Shown here: piece after piece, positions 6,781-15,638 of the stretch
Layout of the letters: the number at the start of each line of letters is the position of its first letter
Position numbering within the stretch: the stretch's first letter is position 1
Source: a virus
Taxonomy: Duplodnaviria; Caudoviricetes
Virus record (IMG/VR): IMGVR_UViG_3300007344_000166
Coordinates: 1-29,167 of that record
Length of the DNA: 29,167 nucleotides
Reading direction: 5' to 3' (one strand)
Translations under genes and position numbers: made by a program
Notes under the pieces: generated by a model
What the model was told of the DNA's origin: nothing
Databases searched by the model: none
The model's input: the letters and a program-made list of their open reading frames with translations, nothing else

Positions 6781-7691
6781 ACTACCTCAACCTCCACACC
6801 GACCTCCTCCGCTCAGTCGACTACTTGGGCGCCGAGCCCGTGGAGCGTGCCACATGGCTCAATCTCCTCGCCTGGTGCGTCTCGCAGGAGAACGGGGGGA
6901 TCATCCCCGGCGCTGCCGATTGGGGGGACCGCAAATGGCAGCAGCTCTGCGGAGTCACCCTCGAAGAAGCCCACCTCGAAAGCGCCCTCTACCATTTTGA
7001 CGACGACGGGAATATGGTAGTCCACCACTACCCCGCCGAGAAGCAGGCCGAAGTCCAAGCCAAGCGCGAGGGAGGCCGCCAAGGAGGCCGCGCCACCACC
7101 CCGGCCAAACAAAAGGCCGTCCGGGAAAACGGAAAAAAAGGAGGCCGCCCGCCGAAAAACCTAAGCTTAAACCAAAGCTCAAACCAAACGGAAAGGAAGG
7201 GAAAGGAAAGGAAAGGAAGGGAAGGGGAAAGGGAAGGTCTGGAAGGGAAAAACGCCTCCGGCGTGATTGCCTTCCCCCTCCCCCCCTCCGATTCTGATTT
7301 CGTTCTTTCCGCCCTGCGCGAGATCTTCCCCCACGCGCCCGATAAGCTCACCGCCGCCGAGGAGGCCGACCTTGCGACTTGGTGCGATGACCTAGCCCAC
7401 CTCGAGCCCGACGACGCGGAAGCTCTGGTCTGCTGGTTCTGTCTGGTCGACGACCGCACCCGAGGCCGCAAACGGTGGCCCCGTTCCCGGGCCGAGTTCC
7501 TCGCCAACTACGCCGAGGCCATGGAGAAAATCCGCGATTGGTGGAAGCTCACCGGTGCCGATTGGTTCGCCGCTTACCAAGCCCGCCAGCGTCGCAAAGC
7601 CGCCAAGCTCGAGGCCGTCCCTTCCCAACCCGATCCCGACGAAGAGCAAATGACCCCCGCCGAAATGATCGAATTCCTGAAAACCAAATAA
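6777..7691 (+). CDS. Putative phage replication initiator (lambda O/DnaD-like layout)
   Basis: Globular N-terminus, NGKKGGRP, low-complexity linker with DNA repeats and KGKERKG tract, then C-terminal domain; early operon position. Confidence 0.6.
   Translation: MNYLNLHTDLLRSVDYLGAEPVERATWLNLLAWCVSQENGGIIPGAADWGDRKWQQLCGVTLEEAHLESALYHFDDDGNMVVHHYPAEKQAEVQAKREGGRQGGRATTPAKQKAVRENGKKGGRPPKNLSLNQSSNQTERKGKERKGREGEREGLEGKNASGVIAFPLPPSDSDFVLSALREIFPHAPDKLTAAEEADLATWCDDLAHLEPDDAEALVCWFCLVDDRTRGRKRWPRSRAEFLANYAEAMEKIRDWWKLTGADWFAAYQARQRRKAAKLEAVPSQPDPDEEQMTPAEMIEFLKTK
7157..7250 (+). repeat. Iteron-like 12-bp repeats plus polypurine tract (possible origin)
   Basis: aaacctaagctt / aaaccaaagctc / aaaccaaacgga followed by (ggaaa/ggaag)n. 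Confidence 0.55.
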
Positions 7692-7707
7692 CCCCCCACT
7701 TCCACCC

Positions 7708-8175
7708 ATGGAATTACCCGACCCTCCCTCATCGCTCAACCCCAAGCAGGCCCTCTTCATCCGCGAGCTTGCTTTCGGAAAGCACAAGAGCCAAAAGGCC
7801 GCCGCCATCGCCGCAGGATACGCCCCGGGCCGCGCCGTGGTCACCGGCAGCGCCATCCTTCGCCGGCCAGACGCTCGATCTTACTACGACTCCCTCACCG
7901 GCACCGTGGCCGACGAGGTCGCCAAGAATGTCTCCATGGACATGATCGACCTCGCCGAATACCACGTCCAGATTCTCAAATCCAAACCCTCGCAGGCCGG
8001 ACCCGACAACCCCCTTTGCGACATCTACCCCACGCGCGAAGGCGAGGTCTATGTCTTCCCCAAAAAGATGGACTCCGCCCGCGCCCTCTTCGACATCCTC
8101 AACCGGGACAACGAAAAATCAGAAAGCGCCGGTCTCTCCCTCCTCGAAACCCTCCTCTCCAAACGCGACGTATGA
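7708..8175 (+). CDS. terS: Terminase small subunit
   Basis: LNPKQALFIRE...AAAIAAGYA...GSAILRRP fits the N-terminal HTH of Terminase_2-type proteins. Confidence 0.78.
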   Translation: MELPDPPSSLNPKQALFIRELAFGKHKSQKAAAIAAGYAPGRAVVTGSAILRRPDARSYYDSLTGTVADEVAKNVSMDMIDLAEYHVQILKSKPSQAGPDNPLCDIYPTREGEVYVFPKKMDSARALFDILNRDNEKSESAGLSLLETLLSKRDV

Positions 8176-8549
8176 TGAAAGTCCTCCTCTACCAAGGCCC
8201 CGACCTGGTCGACCAACCGGTCCGCACCGCCGGCCAGACTTCTCTTTTCCCAAATCCCGCCCGCATTGAAGACCGCGTTCTCGCCGCAGTCACCGAGGCT
8301 TACGACGTCACCCTCGCCGAGCTTGTCAGCCCTTCCCGCAAGCCGCACTTTGTCTGGCCCCGGCAACTCGCCATGGCCCTCCTCCGCGAACTCAGCCCCT
8401 ATTCGCTCGAATTCATCGGGCAGCTCTTTGGCCACCGGGACCACTCCACCGTGATCTACGCCATCCGCCGCGTGGAAACCCGCAGCGACCTCGCCGGAGA
8501 CCACCCGGGAGAATACCAATCCCTTCGCCGCCAGCTTCTCAAACCATGA
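8172..8549 (+). CDS. Stand-alone DnaA C-terminal (domain IV)-like DNA-binding protein
   Basis: SRKPHFVWPRQLAMALLRELSPYSLEFIGQLFGHRDHSTVIYA matches the DnaA domain IV signature. Confidence 0.88.
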   Translation: MMKVLLYQGPDLVDQPVRTAGQTSLFPNPARIEDRVLAAVTEAYDVTLAELVSPSRKPHFVWPRQLAMALLRELSPYSLEFIGQLFGHRDHSTVIYAIRRVETRSDLAGDHPGEYQSLRRQLLKP

Positions 8550-9217
8550 AATCTTTCGGCTACCCCATCCACTACGATGACTTTTGGGAGCTTTGCGACC
8601 CGAACCCGGATTCTCCCTTTCACCGACCCTTCGATCTTGGCCACGGGGAAACCTGCCTCGCCAATTCCCGCATGGCCCTCCGCACCACCCAGGCCGTTCA
8701 CGCCGAGGATTGCGTCCCCTTCGATCAATCCCACACCGCCCGCGAGCGCATTCTCCGCCTCGATTGGTCCTTCTTTGATTTTCCCGAGCGCCGAGACCTC
8801 AAGGTGGGAGCCCTCCGCGACTGGGAACATTCATGGCGCCCTCTCACCGAGCGCGGAGGCCTCATTGCCCGCCCTCCCGTTCCCGCGTGGGAACCCACCA
8901 CCGACTCCGCCAAGCGCGGAGGATTCGACTTTGTCGACAAGCCCCGCCTCACCGTCGGAGCCGACCTCGCCGTAATCCCCGTTTCCATTTTGCAGCTGAT
9001 CCGCCGACTCCCCAACCCCGAGATCTTCACCGCCCGATACCAAGCCCCGACTCTTTCAAATCTCGAATATCGCTGGCTCTTCTTCCGCTTCACCGGTGGC
9101 CGGGGCATGGCCCCCAGCGTCCCCATGAAAGCCGGTCGCCCGTGGGACGGCATCCCCCCGGCTTATTCGATCTATGTCCCCACGCACGACACCCAACTCG
9201 AAATCCTCAACCCATGA
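8546..9217 (+). CDS. Hypothetical protein, 223 aa
   Basis: ATGA overlaps at both ends; phage-typical codon usage. Confidence 0.7.
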   Translation: MKSFGYPIHYDDFWELCDPNPDSPFHRPFDLGHGETCLANSRMALRTTQAVHAEDCVPFDQSHTARERILRLDWSFFDFPERRDLKVGALRDWEHSWRPLTERGGLIARPPVPAWEPTTDSAKRGGFDFVDKPRLTVGADLAVIPVSILQLIRRLPNPEIFTARYQAPTLSNLEYRWLFFRFTGGRGMAPSVPMKAGRPWDGIPPAYSIYVPTHDTQLEILNP

Positions 9218-9498
9218 GCGACACACCAGAAACAGATCAAAATTGCCTCGAAAACCCGAGCCCGATTCGCGAGGTCGTTTGCTCCGATTTTGCGCGGAAG
9301 CTCGAAAGAGAGCGCGATAAGGCCCAGGAACTAGCTGATGACCAATACGAACGGGCGAAGCATTACTTTAACGAGCGCAACAAGGCCGAGCTTCGAATCG
9401 CCATTCTCGAGCAAGACATAGCCCTGATCCGCAAGATCATCAAAAAGGGCGGGACCGCGCAGGACGTCATGAAATTCTTGGACACGCCGGAAGCATGA
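9214..9498 (+). CDS. MSDTPETD-type coiled-coil protein, copy 1, 94 aa
   Basis: Near-identical to 10589..10873; ATGA overlaps. Confidence 0.78.
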   Translation: MSDTPETDQNCLENPSPIREVVCSDFARKLERERDKAQELADDQYERAKHYFNERNKAELRIAILEQDIALIRKIIKKGGTAQDVMKFLDTPEA

Positions 9499-9668
9499 GC
9501 AAAGACCAACTACCAGAAAACACCTATTACAAATGCGGAACCTGCGGGAAAAAATACACCCTAAGCCTTTGGGAAAGCGTATTAAAGCGGGTCGGGTGCG
9601 TTGAACACGTCGTTTGCACTTGCAGCAGGAATCCCCCTGTGTGGAGAAAAATCAAAACAAAGCCATGA
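9495..9668 (+). CDS. Small zinc-finger-like protein, 57 aa, below ORF track cutoff
   Basis: MSKDQLPENTYYKCGTCGK...VCTCSR; ATGA overlaps at both ends. Confidence 0.6.
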   Translation: MSKDQLPENTYYKCGTCGKKYTLSLWESVLKRVGCVEHVVCTCSRNPPVWRKIKTKP

Positions 9669-10066
9669 GTGACACCCCAGAAACCGACGCCCTCGAAATC
9701 AGGATGGACGAGCAGGATTTTGAGCCGAGCGACAAGCTGCCGGAATACGCCAAGCTATGCCGGAAGCTTGAACGCGAACGCGACGAATTGATCGCCCGCC
9801 CAGACTATCGTCAAAAATTCCTCGCAATGCGCCGATCCTGCCGCGCCGCCAACCGAGGAGCCGAGCGCAACGCTCAAATCATTTCCAATCTCACCAACGA
9901 ACTAAACCGTCTACGATCCCGCGACCAAACCGATTACCGTGACCTCATGGAATTACGCCAAGAAAACCGCGCACTCAACACCGTGTTATTTCAAACCCTC
10001 AAACGATTTGAAACCCTCAACCTAGAAAATGACCGGGCCCTTGCCCGCCGCAAACGAATCTCATGA
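9665..10066 (+). CDS. MSDTPETD-type coiled-coil protein, divergent paralog, 133 aa
   Basis: Shares MSDTPETD and RKLERERD with copies 1 and 2. Confidence 0.72.
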   Translation: MSDTPETDALEIRMDEQDFEPSDKLPEYAKLCRKLERERDELIARPDYRQKFLAMRRSCRAANRGAERNAQIISNLTNELNRLRSRDQTDYRDLMELRQENRALNTVLFQTLKRFETLNLENDRALARRKRIS

Positions 10067-10278
10067 AACCACCAAAACCTCAAAAACCCGATTCTCCAAA
10101 ATTCAAAAAGTCAATCGGCCACCAGACCCGATGCGGAGTAAAGCACAAACCCTTGCGAGGAATTTTCCAGATGAACCAAGCCCTCGACAATTTCATGGCC
10201 AGCCGGGGAATGCTCAGTCCCTCTGAACTCGCCGAGCTCAAAACCCAAGCACGCCTCGCCGGAAAGACAAGACAATGA
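10063..10278 (+). CDS. Basic hypothetical protein, 71 aa
   Basis: ATGA overlaps at both ends. Confidence 0.6.
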   Translation: MKPPKPQKPDSPKFKKSIGHQTRCGVKHKPLRGIFQMNQALDNFMASRGMLSPSELAELKTQARLAGKTRQ

Positions 10279-10592
10279 ACACCACTTCACAACCATCTTC
10301 AATCTTCGAATTGGTCGATTCGACCGCCGATGAGTATTACACCCTCGGACTTTTTTACAGCAAAGAGGAGGCCCTGGCCACCGCTACCAAAGGAGACCAC
10401 CCGCCGACCGATTGCGAAGACAGCGCAACGCTACAAATCCGCGAGCGCAAAATCGGATTCACCGGATGGGGCAACAACGGAAAAATAATCGCGGAAATCC
10501 GGTGGGAAATCTCCTTCGATGAAGACGACGACGACTGGGGATGGGAAACCCCGAGTGTCTTTCTCAAAGATCAAACCGAGCCCAACCCATGA
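10275..10592 (+). CDS. Acidic hypothetical protein, 105 aa
   Basis: ATGA overlaps at both ends. Confidence 0.7.
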   Translation: MNTTSQPSSIFELVDSTADEYYTLGLFYSKEEALATATKGDHPPTDCEDSATLQIRERKIGFTGWGNNGKIIAEIRWEISFDEDDDDWGWETPSVFLKDQTEPNP

Positions 10593-10873
10593 GTGAAACA
10601 CCAGAAACCGATCGAAAATGCCTCGAAAATCCTAGCCCGATTCGCGAGGTCGTTTGCGCCGATTTCGCAAGGAAGCTTGAAAGAGAGCGCGATAAGGCCC
10701 AGGAACTAGCTGATGACCAATACGAACGGGCGAAGAATTACTTTAACGAGCGCAACAAGGCCGAGCTTCGAATCGCCATTCTCGAGCAAGACATAGCCCT
10801 GATCCGCAAGATCATCAAAAAGGGCGGGACAGCGCAGGACGTTATGAAATTCCTCGACAGGCCGGAAGCATGA
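10589..10873 (+). CDS. MSDTPETD-type coiled-coil protein, copy 2, 94 aa
   Basis: About 94% nucleotide identity to 9214..9498 by hand count. Confidence 0.78.
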   Translation: MSETPETDRKCLENPSPIREVVCADFARKLERERDKAQELADDQYERAKNYFNERNKAELRIAILEQDIALIRKIIKKGGTAQDVMKFLDRPEA

Positions 10874-11106
10874 CCGACCACGACCACCCGCTCCTCATCG
10901 CCGCCCAGCAATCCCGCCGGGACGCCGAGGACGCCCTTTCCCCTTGCCGCGAGTGTGATGGCTTTCCCCTCCTCGCCTACGAACCCGGCTCGACCTACTC
11001 CACCTGCCTCCACAACCGCCGCGATTGCCCGTGCCTTGAGCGCGCCCCAGACGAGGACTACCCGGAACTTGTCCGCCGGATCAATGCCAAGAACCGCCCG
11101 GAATGA
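10870..11106 (+). CDS. Small Cys-rich protein, Lar (restriction alleviation)-like zinc ribbon
   Basis: LSPCRECDG...C...CPC...INAK loosely follows the LxPCPFCG..WN pattern. Confidence 0.45.
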   Translation: MTDHDHPLLIAAQQSRRDAEDALSPCRECDGFPLLAYEPGSTYSTCLHNRRDCPCLERAPDEDYPELVRRINAKNRPE

Positions 11107-12668
11107 ACCTGACCGCTGACCAAGCATCGCGCCTGGGAGACCCGCTTTGGCGTCTCAACAATCTCTATTCCATCATCACCAAGCGCGATGGCATTCAGCC
11201 CTTCCGCCCGTTCTGGTATCAGAACCGGCTTTATGAAGACATCTACAAGAAAGGCCGTCGAAAGCACGTGATCGTGAAAGCCCGCCGCATGGGATTCTCG
11301 ACCGCCATCTACCTCCAAATGATCGACCTCGCCCTCTTCAACCGGGCAATCCAATGCTCGATTGTCGATCTTACCCAGGAAGACGCCCGGGAAAAAATGC
11401 GATCCAAGGTCCGCGTCGCTTGGCAGGAGGCCGAAAAATCCGGCTGGACCTCCGCCCTTGGTATCGTCCCCCATCACCGGGGCGACGGCCACTGGTCCTT
11501 CAATACCGAATCCCATATTTACGCCGGCATTAACGCCCGGGGGGGAACCAATCATTTCCTCCACATCTCCGAATGGGGACCCATCGCCCACCAAGACCCG
11601 GAGCGCTCGAAGCGCATTCTCACCGGCGCCCTCCCCTCCGCTGATGAAGGCGTGGTGGTGATCGAAACCACTTGGATGGGAGGCAAGGCCGGAGAGCTTT
11701 GGGGAATCGTGAAAGACGCCATGGAGATCCCGGCCGAGGAAAAGACCGAACAGGATTTCTGGTTTCACTTTGTCCCGTGGTTTGACGACCCCCGCCACCG
11801 CCTCGACGGCCAACGCACGCTCGACGAGGACACCGACAATTATCTCCGCGACCTCGAGGAGAAAACCCTCCGCGAATTCACGCACGAGCAAAAGCAATGG
11901 TTCTTTGTCAATAAGTCCCGCTATGGCGACGACATGGGACAGGAATACCCCTCGACGCCCGAGGAAGCATTCGAGCGCCGCGTCGCCGGAGCAATTTACG
12001 GCAAATGGGTTTCCGCCGCCCGGGCCCAAGGCCGCATTTCCGATTTCCCTCTCGAAGAGCGCGCCCCGGTGCATATCTCGATGGATCTTGGAATCGCCGA
12101 CTACCTCCCCCTTTGGTTTGTCCAATTCGTCGGAAAGGAAATTCGCCTGGTCGACTGGTACGAAAACAACGGCGAAGGCATCGCCCACTACGCCCGCACG
12201 ATCAAACGATGGGAAACCGAAAACGACGCTATCATCGCCGCCGTCTATCTCCCGCACGACGGCAACGCGAAACAGCTCGCCACCAATCAGACGATCAAGG
12301 AAACCCTCGAAGGCCTCCTCCCTCACATCACCATAAAGCTCGTCGACCGGACCGCCAACGTCTGGCAGGGAATCGATTGGATTCGAAGCAACTTCTCCCG
12401 CTTCTGGATTCACAAAACAAATTGCGGAACGCCCCGCAACAAGGACGGAGTCGATTACCCGTCCGGCCTCGAATGCCTCGAGAACTACCACCAGAAGCTC
12501 GCCCAAGCCGGAAGCATTTCCGACAAGCGCCCCGTGCACGACGTCTATTCTCACTCCGCCGACGCCCTCCGCACCCTCGCCGAAGCCATCGACCAAGGCA
12601 TCGTGGAAAACGTCGCCTCGCCCAAGGCCTCCGCCCGTAACTTCATCGCACCACCTGTCATTCAATAA
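11103..12668 (+). CDS. terL: Terminase large subunit
   Basis: Walker A VKARRMGFST, Walker B FLHISE, coupling ETT, nuclease ISMDLG, LPHD, SHSADA. Confidence 0.93.
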   Translation: MNLTADQASRLGDPLWRLNNLYSIITKRDGIQPFRPFWYQNRLYEDIYKKGRRKHVIVKARRMGFSTAIYLQMIDLALFNRAIQCSIVDLTQEDAREKMRSKVRVAWQEAEKSGWTSALGIVPHHRGDGHWSFNTESHIYAGINARGGTNHFLHISEWGPIAHQDPERSKRILTGALPSADEGVVVIETTWMGGKAGELWGIVKDAMEIPAEEKTEQDFWFHFVPWFDDPRHRLDGQRTLDEDTDNYLRDLEEKTLREFTHEQKQWFFVNKSRYGDDMGQEYPSTPEEAFERRVAGAIYGKWVSAARAQGRISDFPLEERAPVHISMDLGIADYLPLWFVQFVGKEIRLVDWYENNGEGIAHYARTIKRWETENDAIIAAVYLPHDGNAKQLATNQTIKETLEGLLPHITIKLVDRTANVWQGIDWIRSNFSRFWIHKTNCGTPRNKDGVDYPSGLECLENYHQKLAQAGSISDKRPVHDVYSHSADALRTLAEAIDQGIVENVASPKASARNFIAPPVIQ

Positions 12669-12675
12669 CTTCCCA

Positions 12676-13173
12676 ATGAACGCCCTCGCCCAAACCCGCG
12701 CCTATTACCAAGGCCGCGACGACCGCCTTTTCGACGACCTGATCTTCTACGGCTCTACCGGCATTGCCCTCCTTTCCCCGTCGTTCTGTCTTCTTGCCCG
12801 CCCCGTTTCCCCGGGCTGGACCGACGACGAAATCATCGGCCGCCAAATTTGGCCGCACAAAGAATCCTTGACGCACAGTTATTTTATGGTGCATATCCAC
12901 TTGGCAACGGGTGACCTCGCGGAAATCCGGGCCTGTCTTTTGGCGCATCTTGGAAACGCCGCCACCGTTTCCTTCCAGCGCCGGGGAGGCCGCCTCCGCA
13001 GAATCCCCGCCGACCTCCTCACCCGAAAGACCGCGCCCCATGGGATTCTCGCCACCAAAGCCGCCCCAGCCCGACCCCGCCACCAAAATGGTGCAGGCCA
13101 AGACCACCCGCACCGCCGACCGGGTTTCCCGTCGCGACGAGTTCTCGACCGCCAGAACCCGCCTCGCCCGTAA
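12676..13173 (+). CDS. Hypothetical protein between terL and portal; 3' end overlaps next gene
   Basis: ATG 8 nt after terL stop; the first ~120 aa look globular. Confidence 0.6.
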   Translation: MNALAQTRAYYQGRDDRLFDDLIFYGSTGIALLSPSFCLLARPVSPGWTDDEIIGRQIWPHKESLTHSYFMVHIHLATGDLAEIRACLLAHLGNAATVSFQRRGGRLRRIPADLLTRKTAPHGILATKAAPARPRHQNGAGQDHPHRRPGFPSRRVLDRQNPPRP

Positions 13174-13225
13174 GACCGCCCGCCGCAACCCCCGTGGTGT
13201 CGATCTTGGCGGACCCCCTGCCTGA
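13040..13225 (+). CDS. Small basic virion protein upstream of portal (T7 gp7.3-like position)
   Basis: MGFSPPKPPQPDP...LGG, Pro-rich start and basic tail; ends 9 nt before portal start. Confidence 0.62.
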   Translation: MGFSPPKPPQPDPATKMVQAKTTRTADRVSRRDEFSTARTRLARKTARRNPRGVDLGGPPA

Positions 13226-13233
13226 TCCACGCC

Positions 13234-14883
13234 ATGACCATTGCCGACCTCCTCCGCCAAGACGAACGCCTCACCACCGAGCGCTCCGGCTGGGATTCGT
13301 GGTGGCAGGACCTCACCGACCACTTCCTCCCCGCCCGCACTTACCGCCACCCAAAAGGCCAGCCGCAAGGGAGCCAGTTCGACCGCATTTACGACACCGT
13401 CGGCATGGAGAGCGCCGAAGGCCTGGCCAACATGCTCACCACCAAGCTCTCGCCGGCCGGAGAGAAATGGGTTTCCTACGCGCCCCCGCCCGAGCTCCAA
13501 GACGACGAGGAGATCATGGCCTACTATCGCCGCGCGTCGGAAGTGGTGCTCGATTACGTCCTTCACTCCAACTACTACACCGAGCGCCACGAGGCCAACC
13601 TCGACAAGGCCGCCCTGGGAACGTCCGCCCTGTTTGTCTCCCGAGGCCGCAAGTCGCTCTTCCAGTTCAAGCACGTTGACCTCGGCACGTTCAATTTCCA
13701 AGAAGACGACGAAGGAACCCCGCAGGAAATTTGGCGCACCATCGACCTGACCCCCGCTCAGGCCGCAGCCATGTTCCCAAACACGCTTGGCCCCAAGCTC
13801 ACCGCCGCCCTCGCTGATTCCAACAACAAGCACACCCAGAAATTCTCCTTCCTCCATTACGTCGGCCCCAATCCCGACTACCGGCTCGACAAGGTCGAAG
13901 CGAAATACAAGCGCTTCATCTCCCGCTGGATTTGCAAAACCGACAAGGTCGACCTCGACCTGTCCGGATTCGATGCTTTTCCCTACGAACTTTCCCGGAT
14001 GCTCAAATGGTCCGCGTCCGACCAATGGGGACTCGCCCCGGGCCGTAAGGCCATGCCCGCCCTTCACCAGTTGAATTGGCTGGAGCACTTGAACGACCTC
14101 GCCGCCGAGCTCCAAGTCCGCCCTCGAATGCTCACCATCGCCGACCAGGTTGGCCAAGTCGACCTCCGCGCCGGTGGCCGCACCGTCGTTTCCGAACGCG
14201 CCGCCGGCACCAATCTCCCCCGGGAATGGCTGACCAATTCCCACTACGATATCGGCAAAGACCGCGCCGAAGAAAAGCGCGAGGCCGTCCGCCGCATGTT
14301 CCACCAGCCGCTCTGGCAATTCCTCTCGCAGATCGACCGGCAAATGACCGCTTACGAGGTCTCCGCCCGCGAGCGCGAACAGCTCAATCTCTTCGCCCCG
14401 CAGCTTTCCCGGCACGAAACGGACTCACAGCCGCTTCATGCCCGCCTTTTTGGCATTGCCCTCCAAGCCGGTGTCCTGCCCCCGCCGCCGAAGCGACTCC
14501 TCGACGCGACCGGCCCCGACATTCCCAACCCCATCGCCCGCACCGAGTCCCGACTCGCCAAGGTGACCCGCGACGCCGCCACTCAGGATTACTCCGCCTT
14601 CATCGAAATCCTGACCCAGACCGCGCGACTCGCCCCCGACGTCCTCGACTCCTTTGACCTCGCCGCCGCCGCCCGCGAAATGGCCCGCTCTCAGAACCTC
14701 CCGTCCTCGATCCACCGCACCGAGAGCGAAGTCATTGAAATCGCCCAGCAACGCGCCGCCGCCCAGCAGGCTCAGGAAGGACTCGCCGGTGCCGAGCAGG
14801 CCGCCGGTGCCGCCGCCAAGGCCTCCCAGGCTGACCCCAACAAGGTTGCCGAGATGGCCCAGATGATGGGCGAAATGGTCTGA
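13234..14883 (+). CDS. Portal (head-tail connector), T7/BPP-1 type
   Basis: 549 aa; IYDTVG, LGTSALFV, WGLAPG, RQMTAYEV motifs; gene order. Confidence 0.92.
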   Translation: MTIADLLRQDERLTTERSGWDSWWQDLTDHFLPARTYRHPKGQPQGSQFDRIYDTVGMESAEGLANMLTTKLSPAGEKWVSYAPPPELQDDEEIMAYYRRASEVVLDYVLHSNYYTERHEANLDKAALGTSALFVSRGRKSLFQFKHVDLGTFNFQEDDEGTPQEIWRTIDLTPAQAAAMFPNTLGPKLTAALADSNNKHTQKFSFLHYVGPNPDYRLDKVEAKYKRFISRWICKTDKVDLDLSGFDAFPYELSRMLKWSASDQWGLAPGRKAMPALHQLNWLEHLNDLAAELQVRPRMLTIADQVGQVDLRAGGRTVVSERAAGTNLPREWLTNSHYDIGKDRAEEKREAVRRMFHQPLWQFLSQIDRQMTAYEVSAREREQLNLFAPQLSRHETDSQPLHARLFGIALQAGVLPPPPKRLLDATGPDIPNPIARTESRLAKVTRDAATQDYSAFIEILTQTARLAPDVLDSFDLAAAAREMARSQNLPSSIHRTESEVIEIAQQRAAAQQAQEGLAGAEQAAGAAAKASQADPNKVAEMAQMMGEMV

Positions 14884-14893
14884 CTCCCCACCT

Positions 14894-15148
14894 ATGGCCC
14901 TCAACGACAAAGGAAAGCCCATCGCCTCGCCGGATGATTACCGGACCTTTTTCGGTTCCCAGCAAGGAATCAACATCCTTGCCGACCTCGAGGCCCAGTT
15001 TGAAACCAACCTCCCCAGTTTCCGCACCGACGAAATCCTCGCCGACCCGGAAGCCGCCGACACTTTCGCCAAGCTCCGCGACGGCGCCCGCGAGGTGATT
15101 CTCTACATCCGCACCCGAGCCCAATCCAACGAAACCACCAACCCCTAA
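14894..15148 (+). CDS. Small conserved protein after portal (Bbp19-like)
   Basis: YRTFFGSQQGINILADL...RDGAREVILYI pattern and position. Confidence 0.7.
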   Translation: MALNDKGKPIASPDDYRTFFGSQQGINILADLEAQFETNLPSFRTDEILADPEAADTFAKLRDGAREVILYIRTRAQSNETTNP

Positions 15149-15164
15149 GCCAACCCCTGACACC

Positions 15165-15620
15165 ATGAGCGCCATCTATTCCCTCGCCGGCCACAAGGTC
15201 TACCGCAACGGCAAACACGCCGCCACCCTCGACGGCGACGAAATCACCTACAAGCACGGCTTCAAACAGCACGCGGCCGAGATCGACCAGTTCCTTTCTG
15301 ACCTCGACGACGCCGAAGACACCGAACCCGTGGCCGAACCCGAACCAGTCCACGAAGAATCCACCCGGACGGACGACGGACAGACCGCACGGACGACGGA
15401 ACCCGCACCCGATCCCGAGGAATCCCCAGCCCCGGATCCGGAACCCAAGAAAAAGCCTGGCCGCCCGAAAAAGGCCGACAATCCCGAGCCGCCTTTCTCC
15501 CGCCGCTTTGGCGACCTGACTCCCGAGGTGGTCCGGTGGCGCCACGAGAATTGGCCCAAGTCCAAATTCCGCGAGCACTACCACCACCGCCTTTCCGCTT
15601 TCCCCGATCTTCAAGACTAA
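15165..15620 (+). CDS. Hypothetical protein with acidic/Pro-rich linker
   Basis: 151-aa ORF filling the gap; GDLTP motif near C-terminus. Confidence 0.72.
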   Translation: MSAIYSLAGHKVYRNGKHAATLDGDEITYKHGFKQHAAEIDQFLSDLDDAEDTEPVAEPEPVHEESTRTDDGQTARTTEPAPDPEESPAPDPEPKKKPGRPKKADNPEPPFSRRFGDLTPEVVRWRHENWPKSKFREHYHHRLSAFPDLQD

Positions 15621-15638
15621 ACCCAACCCCTCGCCATC

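Noticed and set aside
9208-10873. DGR template/variable repeat pair
   Set aside because: Differences are not adenine-specific, are mostly synonymous, and no reverse transcriptase is in the window.
11058-14415. Long - strand ORFs 11058..12665 and 12658..14415
   Set aside because: Antisense shadows of terL and portal caused by GC-rich codon bias; no motifs.
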